Virus record (IMG/VR): IMGVR_UViG_3300009161_000002
DNA length: 64,000 nucleotides
DNA from: an uncultured virus (IMG/VR IMGVR_UViG_3300009161_000002)
Lineage: Duplodnaviria > Heunggongvirae > Uroviricota > Caudoviricetes
Reading direction: 5' to 3' (one strand)
Part shown: in pieces, positions 58,301-64,000 of the stretch
Position numbering within the stretch: the stretch's first letter is position 1
Layout of the letters: every line of letters begins with the position of its first letter
Notes under the pieces: model-generated
Database searches by the model: none
What the model was told of the DNA's origin: nothing
The model's input: the letters and a program-made list of their open reading frames with translations, nothing else
Translations under genes and position numbers: made by a program

Positions 58301-59319
58301 TGACGATCTTTAATAGACTTAACTAATTTTTGAAATTCAGCTTCTGTTACTTTTACTTTACCATTACTTTCTTGTTCAATTATGTCTGCTTGTCTTCTAG
58401 CAATAACTTCTGGTTGTACAAGATTATAATGACGATTACTTCTATTAGACAATAATAATTTACCGTCAACAAGATTTATTTTTCTAAGGTACTGATAAAC
58501 AATCTTACCCTCTGCAGGATTGTCTGTAATTGTACCATCCGGTTTAAAATATACAAGACTTCCTTTTGAATCTGTAATAACAGCAGCTATACCAGTATCA
58601 TTAGGATTCTTCTCTAGGAATGCCCTATCATCAGCAGTCAATAGTTCAGGAGAAATGTTTCTTGTTAACTGAGTAGTCAAAGCAAGTATTACTCCATTAT
58701 ATTCAATCTCTTCTGTGCCCGTTCTTTGTTTAGCTATTTCTACTATAGCTTTAACTACATCAGAAAATAATTTCTTTTCAGGATCTATGTTGTTCCTTTC
58801 TTCCTCAGATAAAGTTTCAGGATTTCCAGCAAATGCAATTTGAATAGATGTAGCCCAAGGAGTTGATACCTTAGCACCATTATCTTCATTGAATGACCAG
58901 AACTCTTTCTCGTCTACTTCAGGAACAAAGTCTTTTTTAGTTTTGTTTGTATTTTTAATTTCAGAATCAATCTGTTGTTTACCTTTTTTTTTAGTTGCAA
59001 TATCTTTCCCTACCTCAGTAAGATCAGCATATTTTTTTCTCATTTTTGCAAGAGCAGTAAAATCAAAACCATTATCTACTAGATAATCATTAGCTTCATT
59101 GTCTTGAGTAACTAAATGAAATACATCAGGAATAGCTTGTGCATATAACATAGCTTTAACTTGATCTCCTGTAGCTTCTTTTACAACATTGTATGTATCT
59201 TGAACAATTTTATTCAAGTCAATTGCAGGTAATTCAGAATCACCTAATCTATCAGATACTTCACCATAAAGTACTTCATATAAATCTAATACCTGTTCTC
59301 TATTTAAACTACATGCCAT
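49351..59319 (-). CDS. crAss-like virion-packaged single-subunit (two-barrel) RNA polymerase, 3322 aa, with a zincin-like N-terminal region
   Basis: ADGQG, PYK, HKFS, SKVG, GVRIPVQG, KSGGDFDIDKL, VDVEKD; YHEAWH. Confidence 0.93.
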   Translation of the reverse strand: MACSLNREQVLDLYEVLYGEVSDRLGDSELPAIDLNKIVQDTYNVVKEATGDQVKAMLYAQAIPDVFHLVTQDNEANDYLVDNGFDFTALAKMRKKYADLTEVGKDIATKKKGKQQIDSEIKNTNKTKKDFVPEVDEKEFWSFNEDNGAKVSTPWATSIQIAFAGNPETLSEEERNNIDPEKKLFSDVVKAIVEIAKQRTGTEEIEYNGVILALTTQLTRNISPELLTADDRAFLEKNPNDTGIAAVITDSKGSLVYFKPDGTITDNPAEGKIVYQYLRKINLVDGKLLLSNRSNRHYNLVQPEVIARRQADIIEQESNGKVKVTEAEFQKLVKSIKDRQDREMNELYQLRKLIEESNGDLQIILPILGGTFGIPRTAVKTMTLEEAGLTEEDIKNYTGITTGKDSGKQYVIIQKTKAGGLNVDQEVFLQRSDIDQSLAEQLATVLTTTAKLKGRELTPDERKAYFEIFINNALMKDPKTGYKTNLPYNRDRIRAKVLIVNNEKTFFVELNGKEIPQDVLFTETGKKLIVEHLLSARPKDKVKDEFWPANVQYNNKYKGKTFTEYTIEGDKITESSKDYFDAIKPYVKVTYTTETNAYENGMNAYLTYAIPEGTVEFDGIIPVGRPKPTQSQPTTKAKVDKEAPKAFPKKQPRTKQVTATKTSPKTETEAKAINIQNNPATRVSLLDDIINGSSNSALYKKKGLDRSKLRDKFLDKVFTSKADRQKAETWWKNSPLSKFISLERMTEVVNSDAFATWSGYGITLYEADGGTMVDVYHEAWHGFSQLFLTLDQKIELYEKVSKLPKYKGKTFSKQEDYEEIEEDIAEEFRSYAKSKGKKEVKGFFAKIFDTIYKFLQKIFGKTTKKEVATNLQDIESVKELFDNLYRASENPEILSNLKPSMDNVMFGKLNRSKIINDNFTLEESKKISDAMDSMMSVIFQAHNRDFNTTAAALKLLKDPENKTDLYKDIYDRFERLRIAYVSDLEADDELLTDPKFFEELVLLDKITANFGNLTDSLEGKEKNNVIAYHLEKSRFRVLRDEYIEIEDPSNLERSNLFKLNDGGNSISSKELASEDTMMLLASIFKVSKENGEVVISRDGLFGLPVLQDINITWNKLAKILEGSFDEMDMYSRIFENSENYPELEQLQKLLPNPFFNDKTALGQYTPMEFSSETNFWQDFKKPRIPYIQLNLNKEEARAEEGVSKSFEARVAKANFDVYQVIQDWKTNFMNADSTINPYVSKDKYGNNILNTAKIVKDFGTDGRFNYRKANEFLQAIGIVLDQSSSAIKEMINNRTTPFSTTFGVDRMYEVIKKVNKSSSADAFLFKKDPLTYLINGLPESLRDNQSQSDEVRGRIRALAGIQNAFSDSYSNFSVQTPEGNRVWEHMVDNTITRIVTAINYADNWQQLTTAEADPNGRFKHMRWLNESNNTFSPFSKLLTSIFDLDPMSPTYGQKISDSKITLQNVAGTQMVSRRNEGGTSTASMDATSKYLQEFHTMLLSGVEEFMRHASKNTAMGMSIDGDIKTYNGKKASKLYVDMESFLPYADGTIKSYDIIEGYLTGEANRIFRFQQDLDKFENYAGYNRKVKRKDGKKTSVMAGQAFTAFDDILSQTTQKELYSIIDAASDNKLSDFNLMTELDNNPTLRDLIRKDVEKYFDIDTDANYARLQKAKYVDKGLIERIRVTNDELTEKDIETALVKAYTYNSFIHKMETVIIAYGDLVQYNHAKEEFHKRNAGLASGGKGFRADKRAQIYVSSLKNYYADRRGYAVRNYDGTLQTAIIREMQFNSVMYNEYRDSIEETIYARTKNRKLAKENADKAAAEYFSTDKPQMKIADGQGIVSFETYRRLKNLEGNWGDPQELLYRKVSMGENITAEDVVEFFPPYKLQYFGNIESTGLPVNSFHKFSLAPIIPGVAKEGTPMYDLHEKMMKDQIDYVLFESGSKVGHIGKGDVVLNPDGTFDKNSKFTVNTIYAEFLKNQTEVNATFKGKSIFSTQLRKLILEGLYQQGKIKSTKYQDITEERVKKYINHVEEYTNLLKIELLEEMGYEETTPGEYKAKDKSSIAKLVNMIRTNLEREEVLSDDLIEFIDVFDNNGDLIHDLSFHPEAAKIEKLLLSMINKRVIKQKVTGEPLVQVSVGLYANQFTEPDLRKASKDEIKKWASTTYLLPTYHKKANGYTAAAKVMIAMQGSYYNLFNLEYANDETVGVYLEDGTLDMDKSLARLNEKIKDDSWLDANEGAVRKAITLVGVRIPVQGLNSMEFAEVFEFLPPQAGNIIIPPAEIVAKSGGDFDIDKLTIFMNTLDEDGNVIKRNYKDNQAIKNLRGTDNFAKAVKEQKAALENELIEDIRNILELPDNYSSLIMPNGTFILKGIAEKLSDKVSEYNPKTNKMTENTGEISPTRVLEAMYNIYKHESNIVGKKTLGLGAIENTFNVIMNSLGAYMPDEYTLKKELRKSNMRLRNNKMTVDGKEVISMSDLYDVDGINKIGDVISQMMNGWVDVEKDAWIFFIQGNYEVAPTLLYLVKAGVPVQEAIYFVSNPLVREYVDEQRLAKSTFADVLNKKPDSPGLVKYKAASEVIRNHFDKAELAKNSSNDARYLKGQELLDDHFKNRKEKTFTEREMEDLINSNDKDSAIAKAMFLHYLELEQQISGYTALKMSSNPDTATKSTLSDVEQSEANIEELEFDSRIPREILNSMMNDSIISSFFNGPMALAVSRPLFKLRYHKQISDYLIARKNQIKNELETTFPGKNIEMFSNVFRNDIVSFILQNALRKYKAEEGFMSLNMETKIPTALVKELKRGAFVKSGTLYVDVKQLQKEFKAKAWIEGSDSENSYEDRGLYPLHPSTFMNNEETNFSEYQKFVSEREYLRSIYPLTTDYSTSVEFQEELKTTKELLPDLSNEKAVRYTYEKLLAIKALDNSYNFFNLFQDSDNAFAVRMSKLLQNNPELAKDYPVLSKLKLDSDKTETAFNILLADKDFDNDKSNLYSNDLKRLADPTVQKVSDPQENARISDMFKYLSTFAFLQTGLNKTKLSFTNIVDYTDFLTIVEDEVGKFTDALDKKGFTVLDNFYDQFIRQNSVTNLNKNRFKDYLSGMDYANPERISPTVTPTPQRGEQTAEEDSTNMDTTAEVKRLGLRSTDKEGVFMYNDSNAKNIYYYTNIGKNNPDVVFIHNTSVYEIKPEQIAKGTNLGGASNFMSEIPSMSINFPTNLFASVVNGKQVELSPDQYQTLKNIWEKRINIIKQIQDKDGKIAFPEYGFGDPNIMPQELFVYLSKRLFEEFQYVNPGSTKYDQMRDLVSASQGISDAEILIQLELEEDPFKCS

Positions 59320-59320
59320 T

Positions 59321-62300
59321 TTAACAAGTTTTTGAATTATCAGCTAATTTATTTAATCTTGATTTTTTATCAGATGCTTTTGATTTTTCTTTTGCTTCAG
59401 CAAGTGCTGGTGCATCATTTTGAATATCTTTGATAGTATCTTTTGATTCATTAGAATCTTCAATATCTACAGGAGTTATTTCTACATTTGCTTCAGGTTG
59501 TGTTGCTTCCATAGTTATTTTTTCAAAATTTTCTATAAGTTCTGCTTCAGTAAAATCTCTTGATTCTTCAGTCTTAATATTTTTCAATTTAACGGAATCT
59601 TTATTCTTTTTTACCACTATAACTTCCTCACCAGAGAAGTCAGTAAAGATAGGATTTTTACTTATAAGATACTCATCAACAGCAATATTTTGAATAGAAA
59701 CAATTGTTTTTAATTCTTGTAATCTATTAAGATAAGCTTCCCTTATTGGAGTAGTATCTTCATTGTTTTTAACTGCATCTAAAAATGCTTGCTCATAGAC
59801 TTTTTCAATAGTATCTAGTGTAGCATTATTTATATCTTCAACAGAATCCAATTCTTCTTGAGCTTCTACAGGTTCTTCAAAAGTTTCACCTAAACTTTCT
59901 TCTCTTGCTTGTTTGACAAGGTCTTTAAGTTCCGTTGTTGTAGCTGGTCTAGAAACTCCTTCTGCTGGTTTTCTGCTAGACCTTTCATTCTCAGGTACAC
60001 TAGACCCTTTCTGTACTTCTGCTGATCCTGGCCCAAAGACTTGGTCGGCTGCTTCTTGTTTTTTGCTAATTCTTCCATTCTTAGTTAAATTAATTAATTG
60101 CATGTCATTAAGTAAATCATTCAATGCATTAATTTGATTAGTAATATCATCTACTATATCTCCACGATTAATTACAGTGTAACCTAATGACTCTAATTTT
60201 TGAATAGTGTCTTTAGCCCAGTTTGTAATAGTGTTTAGATCTGATTTCTTTAAGCCTTGAACTCCACTCTCTATCAAAGTATCTAATACATCTGGATATT
60301 CAGCACTTAATATTTCTGTTATTGCTGTACCAATAGTACGTGATAAAGATAAGTTATCTATTGCTTTTAAGTCTTGTGTTTCATTTGCTTTTGTAGTATC
60401 TCTAGTCAGTCTCTGGAAACTATTTGGTAATCTATTTAAAGCAAAAATGTAATCATCAGCATTCTCTCCATATACAAACATCTTTTTGTTTGATTCAGCA
60501 AGAGATACTCTTTTATTATTTAGTTGTTTAATTTGATCTTGTAGTTTAGCAATCCTAGTAATTAAAGCATCTCTTTTATCAGAGTCTATATCTTCTGTAG
60601 AGACAAAGTTACGTAGGTTTCCAATTTTTTGAGAAAGCCCACCAATCTGTTTATCAATTTTACTTATTGTTTCGTCATTAGACATGTAACTTAATACTGT
60701 TATAGTTCCAGTTTTGTCTCTTAATACATCATACCTTACACCATTAATGGTTGCAATAGTATCATCATTATTAGAGAATGCTGCATTAATAACTCGACCA
60801 TTTACAGTTGAAACTTGGCCAACATTTTCAGTTTGTATTACTAAACTTACACCAGCTTCATTCAAAGTTATTTCTCCATCATATACCTTTAAACTATCTT
60901 TTTGTAATGGATATACTTCAGTAAGTCCTTCTGCTGAATTAATTGCATCAGATATCTTTTTGATATCTTTCTCTAATGCTTGAAGTGTTTCTTCAGTACC
61001 GTATTTTTTTTCTACTGTTAAGTTAGCTTGTAAAGTATCTAATGTAAGTTGTAGTGTTGAAATATCATTATTTACAGTTACTTCAATACCAAAAGATCCA
61101 TCAGGCATTGTTACTAATTTACCAACTCTACCATTTAAAATAATTGGTTTATTTACATTATCAATAATTTTATTTTTAGTTGGATCAGATTCTTCAATAC
61201 CTGGATTTGTAGTAGCTTCTTTAGCAGTCTCTCTTTTAATAGGTGCTTTAATTTCAGGCGTTGTTTTAGTAATACCGTAGTTTTCAATTTCTGGTAAGTA
61301 TTCTAAATCAATTGTATCTTTTCCATCCTCTACAATAGAAGCAAGTTCAATATCATTAATATAACCATCAATAGTTACATCAATTTCAAATGGCATTAAC
61401 TTCAAGTCAGGTGTAATAGCTGTATTATTGTGGAACATGTACCCATATATAGACTGTTGAGCACGGAAATATGTAGACTTATCTTTAAGTGTACCTTTTC
61501 CAAATTCTTTCCATTTATCTTTACCTGCAGTTTTAATATCCACAATAGCAACTGAACCATCTTCTCTTACTAAAAGTAAGTCAAGCTCTCCTGTTACACC
61601 ATTACCGTCTCGTAGATTTTTATCAAATAGTTTTACGTTCTCTGATAAGATAGTATATGTACCATCAACTATTCCTAGTCTAAACTTAGTAACAATACCT
61701 CCTGGATTACTTGGTGTAACCGGTGCAAATAGTTTGTCAAAAACTTTTCTGGCCATTACATCTGATATCTTAACAGGTCTACCTTTTATCTCTACTTCAG
61801 AATCATAATCAAACTCTGAGAAATTAGATTTAGTTCCTGCATTAGGGGTGAGGAATACTCTGATTAGGTTATCCACCACATCTCCTGCATCTGCAAACTC
61901 TCTAAATGCTGTTCTTGAAACTATATTTTTTAAATTTTCATATGTAGGTCTATTACCTAATGCATCTTCAATAGTTTTTAATTTCTTTTCTGATCTAAAT
62001 ACTTTCCACCCACCTTGTGATTGATAAACTTTTCTTTTAAAAGCTTCCATAAATAATCTTACTCTATCTTCAAGTAAAATTTCTGGATCATTAAAGAATT
62101 GATTAAATAAATTCTCAAGTGGAGCAGCAGTAGCATTACCGTCAGCATCAACTCCAGGTTTTAATGGATTGTATATAAACGGATCTTTACCTAACATGTT
62201 AGTCTCAACTTCTTCAGCAACTTGAGTAGATCGTGCTGGCATAGGATCATTAGGACCTCTATCTCTAAAAGTTCTACCTATGACATTACCATCTTCATCA

Positions 62301-64000
62301 GTTACATCAACAAGTTCGTCTTGTTTGTTAATAATATATTCCTGTATGATATTAGTAGTTTGTTCTGCAATATTTCTGGGCTCAGATGCAGTTACTCTTG
62401 CATTAAGATATCCAGTTAAACCTTCTATATCATCTTTTATGTTTGAAATGTCTTCTGGAGTCAGCTGTATAAACTCACCTTTCTTTTTAGTATTAGGATA
62501 CTGGCCATCTTCTAAAAACTTTTGAAATCTTTTTACTATACTAGATATAGTATATGTAGTTGTTTGACCATTAATTTTTGTAGGAATAAATTTAAGAACA
62601 GGAGGTTGAGCCAATCTTTGAGCTTTATCTAAAGCATTTTGTTTAGACTGCTCATTAAATGATTCAATTAAAGAACCTTGTGTTTCTAACCAGTTACTTC
62701 TAAGTCTATCATATTCAATTGGATTATTCACTTTAATGTCTAATGTTTCCACTAAAACATTAACTAAATAATCATCAAATGCTTTTGTTATCTCATCTTG
62801 AAATTCTAAATCAAAATCCTCAAACTCAGTTTTAGTTGAGTAGGTATCAGGAGTATTTTCATCTACACCTTTCTTTCTGAAATCATTTTTTACTTCAGCA
62901 ATAAGATTGTCATACTTATCATTAATAGCATCTATTGCTTCTTGATAAGCTAAAAATTCTCTTGTTTTTGGTACATCAATTGTTGGAGCTGCAGGTTTTT
63001 TAGTTAACTCAGCATCAATTTGAGCAAGTCTTGTAGCAGCATATTCACCATAGATAACAGATTTAAGAGCAGCATCAATTCTTGTATTAAATGCTTCTTG
63101 TTGATCATCTATATCAGAAGTGTCATACTTTTGAGATAAATCAAAAATGTTTTTATTTTTTTGTTTATCATTCTTTTGTATCTCTTCCTGCTCACTAAAA
63201 AATTCTTGAGCATTAAGACCTTGTTTTTCTAAAACTTCTGTAGCAAGAACTTCAGAAGCAGCTTGAACATCTACATAATTATCAGAAGCTAATTTATCAA
63301 TAGCTTTTGTAACTAATTCTTTTTCCTGCTCAAGTGCTTTTCTTTCTTCATCTGTAAGTTCTTCACCAGCAAGACGTTCTGATTCTTGTTGTAAGTATTC
63401 TTCTTCAGTCAGACCGTATTTTTCTTTGAACCTATTATCATATTTAGATCTTTCAGCATTTAATAAATCACCTCTTTCATCCTCAAGTGTTTGAATTCTT
63501 TTATCAAGTACTTGCTTTTGTGTAAGTGGATCACCAGCTGGTTTTTTCTCAGAAAGTTCAGCAGCTTTTATAAATAATTCAATGTAATCTTCATAAACAA
63601 TAGAACCTTTATTAATCATTCTGTTATTTGTAACATCAATGAAGAACTCAGGTAAATATCTTGGATCTTTTGACCATTTAGAAAACTCCTCTAAATCAAC
63701 AAATATTCCTTGATCAGCTAATGTGTTTAATAAAGTATTTTTCTCAATAGCTGATATCTCTTGGTTTACAATATCTTTAACAATTTCTTCTCTATTATTA
63801 TAAAGATCCTTCATAAATTTGAAGTTTCTCATAATGTGCTCATAGAACTCTCTTGGATTAGATAGTAAATTTACATGTTCAGCAAGTCTTGCTGACTCAT
63901 TTCTTAATACATGTGTATCAAGCAAGCTATCAAATAATTCATCAATACCACCTAACTCTTGCAATTCTTGTTCTAATTGCATTCTTTTATCAAAACCACC
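59321..64000 (-). CDS. Giant virion cargo protein (5'-partial, >1559 aa) with an internal PD-(D/E)XK nuclease domain
   Basis: The frame stays open upstream of 63982 to the window edge; GVTGELDLLLVREDGSVAIVDIKT...YFRAQQSIY. Confidence 0.85.
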   Translation of the reverse strand, partial: GGFDKRMQLEQELQELGGIDELFDSLLDTHVLRNESARLAEHVNLLSNPREFYEHIMRNFKFMKDLYNNREEIVKDIVNQEISAIEKNTLLNTLADQGIFVDLEEFSKWSKDPRYLPEFFIDVTNNRMINKGSIVYEDYIELFIKAAELSEKKPAGDPLTQKQVLDKRIQTLEDERGDLLNAERSKYDNRFKEKYGLTEEEYLQQESERLAGEELTDEERKALEQEKELVTKAIDKLASDNYVDVQAASEVLATEVLEKQGLNAQEFFSEQEEIQKNDKQKNKNIFDLSQKYDTSDIDDQQEAFNTRIDAALKSVIYGEYAATRLAQIDAELTKKPAAPTIDVPKTREFLAYQEAIDAINDKYDNLIAEVKNDFRKKGVDENTPDTYSTKTEFEDFDLEFQDEITKAFDDYLVNVLVETLDIKVNNPIEYDRLRSNWLETQGSLIESFNEQSKQNALDKAQRLAQPPVLKFIPTKINGQTTTYTISSIVKRFQKFLEDGQYPNTKKKGEFIQLTPEDISNIKDDIEGLTGYLNARVTASEPRNIAEQTTNIIQEYIINKQDELVDVTDEDGNVIGRTFRDRGPNDPMPARSTQVAEEVETNMLGKDPFIYNPLKPGVDADGNATAAPLENLFNQFFNDPEILLEDRVRLFMEAFKRKVYQSQGGWKVFRSEKKLKTIEDALGNRPTYENLKNIVSRTAFREFADAGDVVDNLIRVFLTPNAGTKSNFSEFDYDSEVEIKGRPVKISDVMARKVFDKLFAPVTPSNPGGIVTKFRLGIVDGTYTILSENVKLFDKNLRDGNGVTGELDLLLVREDGSVAIVDIKTAGKDKWKEFGKGTLKDKSTYFRAQQSIYGYMFHNNTAITPDLKLMPFEIDVTIDGYINDIELASIVEDGKDTIDLEYLPEIENYGITKTTPEIKAPIKRETAKEATTNPGIEESDPTKNKIIDNVNKPIILNGRVGKLVTMPDGSFGIEVTVNNDISTLQLTLDTLQANLTVEKKYGTEETLQALEKDIKKISDAINSAEGLTEVYPLQKDSLKVYDGEITLNEAGVSLVIQTENVGQVSTVNGRVINAAFSNNDDTIATINGVRYDVLRDKTGTITVLSYMSNDETISKIDKQIGGLSQKIGNLRNFVSTEDIDSDKRDALITRIAKLQDQIKQLNNKRVSLAESNKKMFVYGENADDYIFALNRLPNSFQRLTRDTTKANETQDLKAIDNLSLSRTIGTAITEILSAEYPDVLDTLIESGVQGLKKSDLNTITNWAKDTIQKLESLGYTVINRGDIVDDITNQINALNDLLNDMQLINLTKNGRISKKQEAADQVFGPGSAEVQKGSSVPENERSSRKPAEGVSRPATTTELKDLVKQAREESLGETFEEPVEAQEELDSVEDINNATLDTIEKVYEQAFLDAVKNNEDTTPIREAYLNRLQELKTIVSIQNIAVDEYLISKNPIFTDFSGEEVIVVKKNKDSVKLKNIKTEESRDFTEAELIENFEKITMEATQPEANVEITPVDIEDSNESKDTIKDIQNDAPALAEAKEKSKASDKKSRLNKLADNSKTC

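Noticed and set aside
44138..62525. Many short plus-strand and off-frame ORFs inside the three giant genes
   Set aside because: S/L/F/I-rich antisense shadows with no motifs.
1..64000. Stop-codon reassignment as in some crAss-like phages
   Set aside because: Multi-kb ORFs are open in the standard code, TAG and TGA end genes at sensible boundaries, and I saw no suppressor tRNA.
1..64000. Reverse transcriptase systems (DGR, retron), integrase or transposase
   Set aside because: No RT, integrase or transposase motifs recognised in any ORF in this window.

Overview
This 64-kb AT-rich window is part of a crAss-like (Crassvirales-type) dsDNA phage genome. The host is probably Bacteroidota, judged from TAnnTTTG -7 promoter boxes and A-rich translation starts lacking Shine-Dalgarno motifs. 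There are three blocks. (1) 1-10.5 kb, minus strand: a giant collagen-like ORF missed by the ORF track (ATG 6084, open to the window edge, >=2028 aa, ~645 Gly-X-Y triplets, almost no Pro), small virion/accessory genes (DUF3310, GroES-like, Acb2/Tad1-like), and a GT2-aminotransferase-VioB/AntD-like acyltransferase operon. (2) 10.8-43.2 kb, plus strand: early cassettes with a repeated upstream motif; an intergenic cluster of structured RNAs including a twister ribozyme; a coiled-coil gene followed by a ~300-nt structured RNA with phased TTTGNN hexamers; tRNA-Arg(TCT); and replication/processing genes (SF2 helicase, UDG, DnaB, AAA_24 ATPase, primase, vWA-metallopeptidase plus MoxR, PD-(D/E)XK nuclease, family B polymerase, MazG-like, 2OG-Fe(II) oxygenase). 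(3) 43.3-64 kb, minus strand: three giant virion cargo proteins, including the 3322-aa virion RNA polymerase (DFDID motif). All family calls come from motif recognition by eye; no searches were run.
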